Positions 9,229 through 18,956 of a stretch of 64,000 bases of DNA are shown here, one piece after another (within the stretch, counting starts at the first letter, position 1; each line of letters begins with the position of its first letter). The translations under genes were made by a program, and so were the position numbers. Where the stretch lies: the NCBI GenBank assembly GCA_040772685.1, contig JAXGXQ010000002.1, positions 48,798 to 112,797 on the forward strand, written 5' to 3'. The notes beneath the pieces are model-generated. The model was not told the DNA's origin, did no database searches, and saw nothing but the letters and a program-made list of their open reading frames with translations. Source of the stretch: Clostridia bacterium (GTDB lineage Bacteria > Bacillota > Clostridia > Saccharofermentanales > UBA5734).

Positions 9229-10113
9229 ATGACTAAGCTCTTTCGCTATGGTATTGCCTGTTCCCTCAACAAAACAGGTTCCAGCGCCCCGATCACATTC
9301 CGCGGTGACATTGAAGACCTGTGTGAACGCAGCCGCAAATACGGCTACGACGGTATTGAAATCCATCTGGTAAATCCCGGTGATTATGACTGGGACAAAA
9401 TCAGCAAAACAAAAGACGACTATGGCCTAAGTGTCACAGCACTGGCCACCGGCCGCGAGTTTCATCAGAACAAGCTTTATCTGCTTGATGAAAATCCACA
9501 AGTACGCCGCGACGCAATCAACCGGCTCAAAGAACATATCGATGTCGGCGCCAAGCTGGGTGCGCTGGTAATTGTTGGTTCAATGCGTAAAGATATCCCT
9601 GACTTCCAACGTTATGACTATTATGAAGGTCTGCATAATGAAGCTGTTCTGGAACTGGCAGAATATGCTGAACCTAAGAATGTCACTATTATTCTGGAAA
9701 ACATCCTTACCTTCACCAGCAACTTTATGAACACAATGCGCCAGACTGCGGATGTAGTCCGCAAAATCAACAAACCTAACGTAAAAATCCATCTGGATAC
9801 TTATTCTATGCTGATGGAAGACAACGACATTCCCGGCGCGATCCAATACTGCATGCCGGAACTGGAGTATGTTCATTTTGCTGACAGCGCCCGCCTGTAT
9901 CCGGGCGGCGGCAACGTGGATTTCCCCTTGTTCCTGAATACCCTGCTTAATGTAGGTTATAAAGGCTGGATCGTAACAGAGTGCATCCCGTGGCCGACTG
10001 AGGATCTCTCAGCTGAGCGCGGCATGGCTTACCTTAACGCCCTCGAAACAATCGTTAAAATTAAGCGTTCTACTGCTGAACGAGACTATGTCCAGTTGCA
10101 TCATGGCGAATAA
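9229..10113 (+). CDS. Sugar phosphate isomerase/epimerase (xylose isomerase-like TIM barrel, IolO-like)
   Basis: GYDGIEIH, LEN, HLDTY, VHFADSARLYPGGG and TEC metal-binding motifs. Confidence 0.8.
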   Translation: MTKLFRYGIACSLNKTGSSAPITFRGDIEDLCERSRKYGYDGIEIHLVNPGDYDWDKISKTKDDYGLSVTALATGREFHQNKLYLLDENPQVRRDAINRLKEHIDVGAKLGALVIVGSMRKDIPDFQRYDYYEGLHNEAVLELAEYAEPKNVTIILENILTFTSNFMNTMRQTADVVRKINKPNVKIHLDTYSMLMEDNDIPGAIQYCMPELEYVHFADSARLYPGGGNVDFPLFLNTLLNVGYKGWIVTECIPWPTEDLSAERGMAYLNALETIVKIKRSTAERDYVQLHHGE

Positions 10114-10191
10114 ATTGCACAGTAAAATTTGCTGAAAAGCAAGACAGGACTGGAGCTGAATAACTCCAGCCTGAAGGCACAGGAGGAATCT

Positions 10192-10974
10192 ATGTATAAA
10201 CTTGATGGCAGAATTGCAATTGTTACAGGCGGTGCCCGTGGTCTGGGTCAGGCTATGGCGGAACGCCTCGGCAAAGAAGGCGCAACTGTAATCATCGCGG
10301 ATATTGACACTGAGTCAATGGAAAAAACCGTTGCAGCCATGAACGCGGCTGGTTCTAAAGCAGAGGGTTACCAGATAGACCTTACCAAGACAAGCGAAAT
10401 TGACGTCATGATCGACAAAGTCGTCGCCGATCACGGCCGGATTGATATTCTGATCAACAACGCCGGTATCAATATTCGCCAATGGGCGACCGAGTACAAA
10501 GAAGAAGACTACGATTTCCTGATGGCACTCAACCTTAAGTCTTATTATTTCGCCAGCAGAGCAGCTGCACGTTATTTCAAAAAGCAGGGCGGCGGTGTAA
10601 TTGTTTGTACTTCTTCCGGCAACTCCGAGCGCTTCACCACCAAGCGCACACCTTACTGCATCTCCAAGGCCGCAGTAAATGGTCTCGTTGCAGCCTTAGG
10701 TAACGAGCTTGGCCGCTTCAACATCCGAGTCAACGCAGTGGCACCGGGTTACATTTACACTGACATGGTGCGCCAGGGTATTGCTGAAGGCATCATTGAT
10801 GAACAAGCGATCATGTCGGTACTGCCGAATAAACGCTTCCTCGAAGCCAGTGAAATTGCCAATGCAGTTGTCTTCCTCGCTTCAGATGAGGCCAGTGGCA
10901 TCAACGCTCAAACCCTTTTCGTAGATGGCGGCTGGAACAAAAATGGTCTGCCGGAAGCAAAGGATTACAAATAA
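10192..10974 (+). CDS. SDR family oxidoreductase
   Basis: TGGARGLG, NNAG, YCISK; SD aggagg before ATG 10192. Confidence 0.9.
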   Translation: MYKLDGRIAIVTGGARGLGQAMAERLGKEGATVIIADIDTESMEKTVAAMNAAGSKAEGYQIDLTKTSEIDVMIDKVVADHGRIDILINNAGINIRQWATEYKEEDYDFLMALNLKSYYFASRAAARYFKKQGGGVIVCTSSGNSERFTTKRTPYCISKAAVNGLVAALGNELGRFNIRVNAVAPGYIYTDMVRQGIAEGIIDEQAIMSVLPNKRFLEASEIANAVVFLASDEASGINAQTLFVDGGWNKNGLPEAKDYK

Positions 10975-11003
10975 ACTAACTGCAAAACAGTATACACAAG
11001 TAA

Positions 11004-11047
11004 AACGGCCATCGCACTTTGAAGTGTGATGGCCGTTCAGTTTGTTT
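11004..11047. terminator. Probably bidirectional terminator between convergent genes
   Basis: aacggccatcgcactt / aagtgtgatggccgtt 16-bp stem. Confidence 0.75.
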
Positions 11048-11093
11048 CAGGTGATGGGAATCCGCATGCTGTTTAAGCTCAGCGCTTACAGGC

Positions 11094-12512
11094 TTATAGA
11101 TTGTTTACTGCAATCAGGACAAAGTTGAGCAGGAACAGAATAGCGGAACCATACAGAATCGGATGGACTTGTTTGCCCTTGCCGGTTACTAGTGCGATCA
11201 GGCAGTGGGTGATGAAGCCGGCAGCGATACCGTAAGAAATATTGTACGCAAAGCTCATTACTGCGACTGTCAGGAAAGCAGGGATGGACTCTTCAATTTT
11301 GTTCCAGGCTATACCAATGAAGGCTTCAGCCATCAGAACACCAACAATGATCAGGGCGGGAGCAGTAGCCGCGCCGGGCACGATACCTACCAATGAGGTG
11401 AAGGGAATAGTGAGCAAGAACATGACAGCGACAACCACGGCTGTGAGGCCGCTGCGGCCGCCGACGCCGATACCGGCTGCACTTTCTACATATGTGGTGG
11501 TGTTGGATGTGCCAAGCAGAGCGCCGACTGAAGTGGCTGTCGCATCGGCAAACAGAGCTTTATCCATCCGGGAGTTGAAGCCGCTGCTTTCCTCCAGTGC
11601 CTTTTCGTCTGCTTCATCAAAGATGCCAGACTTGCGGCCGGTACCAATGAAGGTGCCGATAGTGTCAAAAGTATCAGAAAGGCTGAAAGCGAAGATAGTA
11701 ATCAGAACCATGGGGATTTTGGCTGGGTCGGAGAACATGCTGCCGAGGCCCGGGCTGCCAAAGAAGGAAAAAGCAACGTTTTTAATACCGCCGATTGCCG
11801 TAACATCCACTATATTGCCGGATGGCAGATTTACAACCGACATGGGAATGCCGATTAAAGTAGTGGCAACAATGCCAATCAGGATAGCACCCTTAACCTT
11901 AAGGACCATAAGAATTATGGTAATCAGCAAGCCGATCAGGGCTAATTGGGCTGCTGGTTCAGTAAAGTTTGCAAGGGCTGGGACTGCTTTGGCAGTTCCG
12001 AGGATAGTCCCGTCAGGCAAAGCGACGTAGGTGCCGGGATCAAGTGTGAACTTAAGGAAGCCGGCTTCCTTAAGGCCGATATAGGCAATGAACAAGCCAA
12101 TACCTGCGCCAATCGCATGCTGCAGACTCAGGGGAATGGAACGGATTATGGCTTTTCTGATCTTGGTTACGGTGATCAGGATATTAATCAAGCCGCAGAT
12201 AAATACCATCGCCATGGCTTCCTGCCAGGCAAAGCCCATTCCCAGTACAACTGTGAAAGTAAAAAAGGCGTTAAGACCCATGCCCGGCGCGACTGCGTAA
12301 GGAACGTTGGCTACCAGTCCCATAACCAGGGTGCCAACTGCAGCAGCAAGTGCGGTGGCGACAAAAACGCCGTTTTTGTCCATGCCGGTGATTCCAAGGA
12401 TACTCGGGTTCACGAAGACAATGTAAGCCATCGTGAAGAAGGTTGTCAGACCGGCAATTACCTCGGTTCTGACATTGGTACCTTTTTGTTGCAGACCGAA
12501 AAATTTCTCCAT
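11094..12512 (-). CDS. NCS2/AzgA family purine (guanine/hypoxanthine-type) permease
   Basis: EVIAGLTTFFTMAYI, APGMGLNAFF, FDTIGT, YVESAAG motifs. Confidence 0.92.
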   Translation of the reverse strand: MEKFFGLQQKGTNVRTEVIAGLTTFFTMAYIVFVNPSILGITGMDKNGVFVATALAAAVGTLVMGLVANVPYAVAPGMGLNAFFTFTVVLGMGFAWQEAMAMVFICGLINILITVTKIRKAIIRSIPLSLQHAIGAGIGLFIAYIGLKEAGFLKFTLDPGTYVALPDGTILGTAKAVPALANFTEPAAQLALIGLLITIILMVLKVKGAILIGIVATTLIGIPMSVVNLPSGNIVDVTAIGGIKNVAFSFFGSPGLGSMFSDPAKIPMVLITIFAFSLSDTFDTIGTFIGTGRKSGIFDEADEKALEESSGFNSRMDKALFADATATSVGALLGTSNTTTYVESAAGIGVGGRSGLTAVVVAVMFLLTIPFTSLVGIVPGAATAPALIIVGVLMAEAFIGIAWNKIEESIPAFLTVAVMSFAYNISYGIAAGFITHCLIALVTGKGKQVHPILYGSAILFLLNFVLIAVNNL

Positions 12513-12700
12513 ATTTCTCTCTCCTGTCAGCATTTTAGTGGTGGTTAAATAAGAACATTACTGTACAAGTTTATCAATGTATTAAGAAATTTCAAATAGT
12601 TTATTACAAAACCAGGCATTACTTAGCCGATTCGTCAAGATCACCATTTAATTCCGGATATTAGTGTGCGGATTAAGGATGTAAACAGCAAAAAAGCGAC

Positions 12701-12735
12701 AAAAAAGCTGCAGCTATTGAATGAGCCGCAGCTTT
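12701..12735 (-). terminator. Terminator of the nfeD-floA operon
   Basis: Minus strand aaagctgcggct..agctgcagc followed by T6. Confidence 0.7.
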
Positions 12736-12774
12736 CAGATGTAAAATTTTTGTTAGGAATTTCTTCCTCTGTTT

Positions 12775-13410
12775 TTAGAAATTTCTTCTGCCGCGTCCGC
12801 GTCTGCGGCTGACAGGCCGCCCCAGAACTTCACTCCAGATTACACCCTGAACTAAAGGATTGCGTTGTTGCAGATCTTGCAGTGCCCGCGGGATAACCAT
12901 CTCTCCCCCGGCGTCGTCCCACCAAAGCATGCTTGCGCTTTCGCCAATGTTAAGATTGGACAAAGCTGAAAGACCTGAAGGATCTGATTCATAAGTGGTA
13001 ATGCTTGTGTGTACTGGACTGAAGCTGTCAACCGGCGATGGCCCCTCCTGTCCAACGACATCAGTATTTGCGGTTGAAGTGTAGCTATCCTGAGGGCGTA
13101 TGTCTTGAGGCGAAACAGGCTCCATATAAACCCGGTCGTCCTCAATTGAACCCTCATATCCACTTGTTCTGTCCACTACTACTGACTGATTGCCAGACAT
13201 GTAAAGGTCTCTATCTGCAGGCTCCTGCCATTGCGGTTGCTGAGCTTGCGGCGCTCCTCGGACTTCAGCCCTTGCCTGTTGCTGCCTGGATTGCAGAATA
13301 TCGGCCAGCGTCGGGTTTTTACCGCTTTCACTCTGCTCCAAAGCTTCTTCAAACTTGCGCAGCGCGTCTTCGAAGCTGGCAATCTTGCCGAAAAAATCTT
13401 TATCAGCCAT
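12775..13410 (-). CDS. Hypothetical protein, YqfB-like partner of FloA
   Basis: C-terminal LVQGVIWSEVLGRPVSRR motif; directly downstream of floA. Confidence 0.7.
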   Translation of the reverse strand: MADKDFFGKIASFEDALRKFEEALEQSESGKNPTLADILQSRQQQARAEVRGAPQAQQPQWQEPADRDLYMSGNQSVVVDRTSGYEGSIEDDRVYMEPVSPQDIRPQDSYTSTANTDVVGQEGPSPVDSFSPVHTSITTYESDPSGLSALSNLNIGESASMLWWDDAGGEMVIPRALQDLQQRNPLVQGVIWSEVLGRPVSRRRGRGRRNF

Positions 13411-13424
13411 GCTTGTTTCTCCGC

Positions 13425-14423
13425 TTATCTGGGCTTCTCGGGAGTTGCTTCGCCTTTACTTGAATCGGCGATGGAATTACGCATCTGCGTATCGGAAACA
13501 ACATTCTGCAGATTGTAATAATCCATAGCTCCCAGATTACCTTCGCGCAGGGCCTGTGCCAGTGCCCGCGGCACATCGGCCTCGGCCTCGACAACCTTGG
13601 CGCGCATTTCGATAACACTTGCCTTCATTTCCTGTTCGAGGGCAACAGCCATGGCTCGGCGTTCTTCAGCCTTGGCCTGGGCAATGCGTTTATCTGCTTC
13701 AGCCTGGTCTGTCTGCAACTGGGCACCGACATTACGACCGACGTCAACATCAGCTATGTCAATGGACAGGATTTCAAAGGCCGTACCGGAATCCAGGCCT
13801 TTGGCCAGAACGGTATCAGAGATGCGATCAGGATTTTCCAGCACTTCTTTATGCGAAAGCGCCGAACCAATTGTAGTTACAATACCTTCGCCAACGCGGG
13901 CAATAATTGTCTGCTCACCGGCACCACCGACCAGGCGGTCAATATTGGCACGTACCGTAACCCTTGCTTTGGCTTTCAGTTCAATGCCGTCCTTGGCGAT
14001 CGCAGCGATCAGAGGAGTTTCAATGACCCGCGGATTTACGCTCATGCGTACTGCTTCCAGAACATCACGGCCTGCCAGGTCAATAGCTGCAGCCCGTTCA
14101 AATTCCAGCGGGATTTCAGCTCTCTGGGCGGCGATCAAAGCGTTGACTACCTTGTCAACATCACCACCGGCCAGGTAATGGGCTTCCAACTGATTGATGT
14201 TGAGATCCAGACCTGCCTTGGTTGCTTTGATCATCGGGTTAACAATTCTGGAAGGCACAACCCGGCGCAAACGCATGCCGATCAGGTTCAGGATGCCGAC
14301 TTTAACGTCGGCGGCAGCTGCCGATATCCACAATCCTAAAGGAACAAAGGTGAGGAAGATAGAAAGGAAGGTGATTATGGCGACAATAATTACGGCATAG
14401 AGTAGTAGTTGCTGTGGCTGCAT
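13425..14423 (-). CDS. floA: Flotillin-like protein FloA (YqfA)
   Basis: [45 protein letters not shown]. Confidence 0.95.
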   Translation of the reverse strand: MQPQQLLLYAVIIVAIITFLSIFLTFVPLGLWISAAAADVKVGILNLIGMRLRRVVPSRIVNPMIKATKAGLDLNINQLEAHYLAGGDVDKVVNALIAAQRAEIPLEFERAAAIDLAGRDVLEAVRMSVNPRVIETPLIAAIAKDGIELKAKARVTVRANIDRLVGGAGEQTIIARVGEGIVTTIGSALSHKEVLENPDRISDTVLAKGLDSGTAFEILSIDIADVDVGRNVGAQLQTDQAEADKRIAQAKAEERRAMAVALEQEMKASVIEMRAKVVEAEADVPRALAQALREGNLGAMDYYNLQNVVSDTQMRNSIADSSKGEATPEKPR

Positions 14424-14517
14424 GGTTCATCCTCCGTGATTCATTATTAATTATTGTGTGCGAATTTGGTTACCCGACCAGTTGTTTGATCCGGGCAATT
14501 ATTATAGTCCTGAGCAG

Positions 14518-15105
14518 TTAATTCTGTTCAGGTTCTGCAACATCAGGCTCAGAATCATCAGCTGTTGCCACAACAACTCGGTTGCCGGTAACTTCGATTA
14601 TTCTGACCTTGGTGCCGCGGCGGATAAAACTGCCTTGCGTTACTACATCCAGGCGCTCGCCGTCGAGATCGACAACACCTGAAGGACGCAAATCACTTGA
14701 AGCGGTACCTGTCTGCCCAACGAGAGCGCTTTTATCCTCGCTGGAGCGGTAGCCTTTATCTTTACTGGACTTAAGATGAAGGATCATATTACGTGCCAGG
14801 CGGCCTTTACGGGCTGAGCGCAGCAAGAGCAGGATCATGATTGAGACCAGTACAATCAGAATCAGCACCAGGGCGATAGCTTCCAGAGGGGAGCCTGCTG
14901 TTAAAATGATACCAATCACTAACAACACAACACCTGTGCCTCCTGCCAAGCCAAATCCCGGGGTAAACATTTCAACAACAAGCAGAATCACTCCGGCGAC
15001 CAGTAAAACAATCTCCAGAGGCTGCAGGCGGTCTAAATAGCTAAAAAACTCAGGAGTGCGCACAATCGAACCGGCTGCTGGAATCAAGACTGAGAAAATA
15101 TTCAT
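14518..15105 (-). CDS. NfeD family membrane protein (no protease domain)
   Basis: VEMFTPGFGLAG TM region and a C-terminal OB fold (LRPSG..DVVT.G.FI..G..V). Confidence 0.88.
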   Translation of the reverse strand: MNIFSVLIPAAGSIVRTPEFFSYLDRLQPLEIVLLVAGVILLVVEMFTPGFGLAGGTGVVLLVIGIILTAGSPLEAIALVLILIVLVSIMILLLLRSARKGRLARNMILHLKSSKDKGYRSSEDKSALVGQTGTASSDLRPSGVVDLDGERLDVVTQGSFIRRGTKVRIIEVTGNRVVVATADDSEPDVAEPEQN

Positions 15106-15230
15106 TTAACCACTCCTTTAGCATACTGTCGGCGCAGATTTTGGTTGAGTCCGTAACAATTTCATCATATCACGATCAGTTAATCTATGCTGTAGGCTAG
15201 TGTAAATAATTCATTAAGCTGTCTTTGCTA

Positions 15231-15300
15231 ACAAAAACAATGCTCAAAAACTTATCTGAATTTTCTTAAATTCAAGAAGTCAGACAGTGGTTTTTGAGCA
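15231..15300 (-). terminator. Long imperfect hairpin terminator after the RpiB-family gene
   Basis: tgctcaaaaac / gtttttgagca outer stem with tctga / tcaga inner stem; U-rich tail on the minus strand. Confidence 0.6.
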
Positions 15301-15335
15301 AGTTTGTGTATCAGTCTTATTGGCAAGCTTAAGAG

Positions 15336-15812
15336 TTATTCGCGATAAATTCCCTGTTCAACTTCAGCGACTTTTTCTTTCGCCGAAACGAGCCAGCCCT
15401 TACGCCATTCCTCTAAATCCTGGGTAAATTCCGTGTTCATAAAAGCTTGTGTCATTTGGATTCCAAGCCAGTCAGCGATATACCAGCCGCCCATGCAAAG
15501 AATGTTGGCGTCATTTACAGCGCGGCTCATCTTGGCAGAGTAGACACTTTCACAAACCGCTGCGGAAATTCCCTGGAACTTATTGGCAACGATCGACATA
15601 CCCATGCCAGTGCCGCAGCAGAGAATTCCGCGTTCTGCTTCGCCAGATTGAATTTTTTCAGCGACCAGTGGTGCCACATTAAAAAACGGATTAGGCTTGT
15701 CCATTTCCTGAGTGCCGATATCTTCAACTTCATGTCCTTGCTCAATCAACCAGGCCTTGACAGCTTCTTTAAGTGTAAACCCTGATTTGTCAGAACCTAT
15801 TGCCAGTTTCAT
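15336..15812 (-). CDS. RpiB/LacA/LacB family sugar-phosphate isomerase
   Basis: IGSD..G..LK, GILCCGTGMGMSIVANK, NDANILCMG. Confidence 0.9.
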   Translation of the reverse strand: MKLAIGSDKSGFTLKEAVKAWLIEQGHEVEDIGTQEMDKPNPFFNVAPLVAEKIQSGEAERGILCCGTGMGMSIVANKFQGISAAVCESVYSAKMSRAVNDANILCMGGWYIADWLGIQMTQAFMNTEFTQDLEEWRKGWLVSAKEKVAEVEQGIYRE

Positions 15813-15922
15813 ATTATTCCTCCTGAATTTTGATGTTAACTTTTATGCGTTTTCAGTTTTTTTGCTATGCTTCAGTTTTTCTTGATAACCAAATTAGTGT
15901 CTCAATCCGCCAGGCGATTATT

Positions 15923-17041
15923 TCACAGCATTGATTCGTACATTTCACGCAGCATTTCGTCGGTGATCTCAACCGGACTGTTCAGCATATTGGGGTGATG
16001 ACTGTCCCTGATCAGATCCTGCAGCGCTGCTTCGTCCAGATTCAGATCTTTAAGATCCAGGCGGACACCAAGATCGCGTTTTAAAGCGCGGATTTCTTCA
16101 GCCATGTCCGCCGCATTCGCAAAACCGCAGGCTGTTGCGAACTCATTCATCCGGCCGCCGTCACCCTGAGCGATAATTTCCAGAAAGCTGTCCAGGGTGA
16201 GAGCGCAGGCTTCACCGTGGGGAATCCCATAGCGGTTGGTGAGCACGAAAGAGCAAGCATGTGAAGGACCGGTCTTAGGCAAATTGAAGCCCAGTCCTGC
16301 CAGCAAAGACGCCTGGGCCATCTGTTCCCTGGCCTCGGTTGAGGCAGGAGAAGCGCAAGCTGCCCGCAGATGACGGAACACGAGACGCGCTGCCTCGAGG
16401 CAGAACAGATCGGTAATTGGCTGATTATTGCGGCTCTGGTAGCCTTCGACAGCATGGGAAAGCACGTCCAGACCGGTAATAGCAGTAATATGGGGCGGCA
16501 TCGACCAGGTAATCACTGGGTCAACAATCGCGGCTGTGGCGTAAAATGATGTAGAGGCAAGGGGCGCTTTAAACCCCTTTTCCTCGTTGGTCAGGACGCT
16601 TACAGCTGTAACTTCGCTGCCGGTACCTGCGGTGGAGGGTATTTGAATTATCGGCAGGCCGCCAGCCGGTAAGCTGACCCCTGTGCCATGGTAAACCGTG
16701 ATTGATTCCGCCAACGGAGCTACAACGGCAGCTGCCTTGGCGCAATCCATGCTGCTGCCGCCACCGATAGCGACGACAAAGTCGGCTTTGGTACTGCGGA
16801 TAAGCTCGGCGCATTCATCCACGTTCTTAACTGTTGGATTAGGCTTGCCTTTATCGTATACCGCTGCAATCAGGTTGCCGGTCCGGTCAATCAAATCCTG
16901 GACTGTACCGTTGGTCGCCAGGATACGGTCGCAGACGAGAACTGCCTTTGTGACTCCGAGCTTTTCAGCGATTTCCCCCAGACGAAAACGTTCGTCATTA
17001 CCAAAGTAGATTTCGACTGGTTGTTGATAGTGCCATTTCAT
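15923..17041 (-). CDS. Iron-containing alcohol dehydrogenase
   Basis: GGGSSMDCAK, PSTAGTGSEVT, DVLSHAVE, HACS, PHGEAC. Confidence 0.92.
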   Translation of the reverse strand: MKWHYQQPVEIYFGNDERFRLGEIAEKLGVTKAVLVCDRILATNGTVQDLIDRTGNLIAAVYDKGKPNPTVKNVDECAELIRSTKADFVVAIGGGSSMDCAKAAAVVAPLAESITVYHGTGVSLPAGGLPIIQIPSTAGTGSEVTAVSVLTNEEKGFKAPLASTSFYATAAIVDPVITWSMPPHITAITGLDVLSHAVEGYQSRNNQPITDLFCLEAARLVFRHLRAACASPASTEAREQMAQASLLAGLGFNLPKTGPSHACSFVLTNRYGIPHGEACALTLDSFLEIIAQGDGGRMNEFATACGFANAADMAEEIRALKRDLGVRLDLKDLNLDEAALQDLIRDSHHPNMLNSPVEITDEMLREMYESML

Positions 17042-17060
17042 AGTGCTTCTCCTTTAATGC

Positions 17061-17717
17061 TCAATATCCCAGGTCCTCATCGATAAAGATGATTTCCGAA
17101 TTCAGGCGGTTTGGTGCTCTCTCGATAATCAAAGTGCAACGGCAGATCCGTTCTTTGTTATTACAGTCATAGCAACGGTCTGCTTTTGCGGCGCAGGGCG
17201 TTTTCAAGTTAAACCGCTTCGCGTTCAACGGTGCTGCCACGTTCTTGGCCCGGTCCAGGGCTGCAGGCAGATCCTCGGTTATTTTATTACGGCCCACAAC
17301 AAAGTACACCTGATCAGGACCATAAATCGAGGCAGCCAGACGATTCCCGGCACCGTCAATATTTACAATCTCACCGGTTCGCGAAACTGCGTTGGCGCTG
17401 GTGATATAAACTTTTGCTTCTGTCGCCAGGCGCCTTACTTCTTCGCTTGCTGCATGGTGATGCCAGATCACAGCGTTGTTTTTGGCCAATGCGTCGTACA
17501 GACCAATCTGGCGCAAGGTGATACTGCCGCCAAAGCCGATTGTTCGTCCCTGAAGTGCTTCGGCTAAATATTCACGTGCTTCTGCGCCTGTGTTGAAGCA
17601 CTTAACTGTAAATCCGTGACGCTCAAAGTTGCGGACCATTTCAGGATCAGCTGCACCGGATGTATTAGTTGCAACATTTTCCGGTTTTGACTCAGCGGGA
17701 ACATTTATGTCTGGCAT
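17061..17717 (-). CDS. LUD-domain (lactate utilisation/DUF1121-like) protein
   Basis: GGSITL, SANAVS..GEIVNIDGAGNR, GRNKI, Cys-rich PC..C.DC..RIC; SD gaggtga before ATG 17717. Confidence 0.8.
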   Translation of the reverse strand: MPDINVPAESKPENVATNTSGAADPEMVRNFERHGFTVKCFNTGAEAREYLAEALQGRTIGFGGSITLRQIGLYDALAKNNAVIWHHHAASEEVRRLATEAKVYITSANAVSRTGEIVNIDGAGNRLAASIYGPDQVYFVVGRNKITEDLPAALDRAKNVAAPLNAKRFNLKTPCAAKADRCYDCNNKERICRCTLIIERAPNRLNSEIIFIDEDLGY

Positions 17718-17792
17718 GGCTTTCACCTCAAATAGATAACCTGGCGAATTGCAATACCTTAATTCTGACAAAGTCAGCCGCTGAATTCAAGC

Positions 17793-18956
17793 TCAGGTTG
17801 AAGTGCGGCGTTGCTTGGAGACAACCAGCGAAACTGCGAACAGCGCGGCCATGAACCCGAGCTGAATTAGAATTCCCTGCACGTAAGCGGCCGGGATATT
17901 GCTGAAATCAGCTGCCAACCGGTCCAGGCTGTTATTCCCTCGGACATACCAGTAGGTGGGAGTAAAGCGCGCGATTGCTGTAACCGCTTCGCCCATCAGC
18001 ATCTGAGGCACAAATACGCCGCCGAGGAAGCTGCTGCCTAAAGACAGCACATTGACGATGGCTTGCTGCACATTGGCATTGCGGACAAAGAGGCTGATCA
18101 GATAGCTCAGGCTCAGGGCAGTTACCGCAAAAACCAAAGCGTTCAGGCTCATGAGCGCGATTTGCGGACCTTCCCTGGCAATATCACCCAATGCCAAACT
18201 GGCCAGTGAAGGCAAGAGCCAGACAACCAGCGTGAACAGTACATGACCGAAGATCAATTGCCCGTTCAACTGCATCAAAGTCAGTGGAGAAGTAATGGTT
18301 CGCCGGTATAAGTCCTGCTTAGTGAAGGTCAGCATGATTGTGGAAACACCAAGGAAAATCAACGCCATCAGCGTATATGACAGGAAGTTAAAATAATAGG
18401 CTGTTTTACTGTAATCCAGTGGTGCGCCTTCTACAAGCTTAACCTCGCTTTCTTTAGCCAGGTCAGCCCGGACATAAGAATCTATCTGATTGAAATCAAG
18501 CTTTGGCTTTACCAGAGCATAGCGACTGGCAGTGGCCAGATACTTCTCAATGAAACGATCAATATAAACGGCTGTAGTTGAATCGGGTACTGAGGATTTT
18601 TCCACCTTGGCAGTGCCATTGCCCTGGAGCAGGCTGGCTGAGAAACCGGCAGGGATATGAACGGCATATTCTATTTCACGGAAAAAGAGCGCATCCTGCA
18701 GAGCATCGGCAGTATCCGGCAACTCAACAATTTCGCAGGTTTCATTCAGGTACCGCGTAAGCCCTGCTGCCACGCTGCCATCGGTATCAGAATTGATCAC
18801 CGCGATCCGCGGGCGGGCTGCGCTGAAATCGTCTGTCGGCGGTGCCGGATAAAGCATAGTCAGCAGAATAATCAGGAACATGAATACCCCAACGTAAATC
18901 AGCATGGCGGGGATATTGCGGCGGATAACTTTAAGAAAGGCTTTAAATACTGGCAT
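17793..18956 (-). CDS. ABC-2 type exporter permease (LnrN/YfiN-like)
   Basis: N-terminal TM, extracellular loop, five C-terminal TMs, FLGGVFVP, FTPTYW. Confidence 0.85.
   Translation of the reverse strand: MPVFKAFLKVIRRNIPAMLIYVGVFMFLIILLTMLYPAPPTDDFSAARPRIAVINSDTDGSVAAGLTRYLNETCEIVELPDTADALQDALFFREIEYAVHIPAGFSASLLQGNGTAKVEKSSVPDSTTAVYIDRFIEKYLATASRYALVKPKLDFNQIDSYVRADLAKESEVKLVEGAPLDYSKTAYYFNFLSYTLMALIFLGVSTIMLTFTKQDLYRRTITSPLTLMQLNGQLIFGHVLFTLVVWLLPSLASLALGDIAREGPQIALMSLNALVFAVTALSLSYLISLFVRNANVQQAIVNVLSLGSSFLGGVFVPQMLMGEAVTAIARFTPTYWYVRGNNSLDRLAADFSNIPAAYVQGILIQLGFMAALFAVSLVVSKQRRTST

Noticed and set aside
11242-12548. Long + strand ORFs (262 and 200 aa) opposite the permease
   Set aside because: Antisense shadows of a hydrophobic gene, with no recognisable motifs.
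12513-12700. Purine riboswitch upstream of the NCS2 permease
   Set aside because: The conserved TTTCTACC core and flanking stems are not visible on the minus strand, and a plausible promoter lies close to the start.
15106-15230. SigW-type promoter for nfeD-floA as in B. subtilis
   Set aside because: No convincing TGAAAC..CGTA pair is seen; only a weak extended -10.
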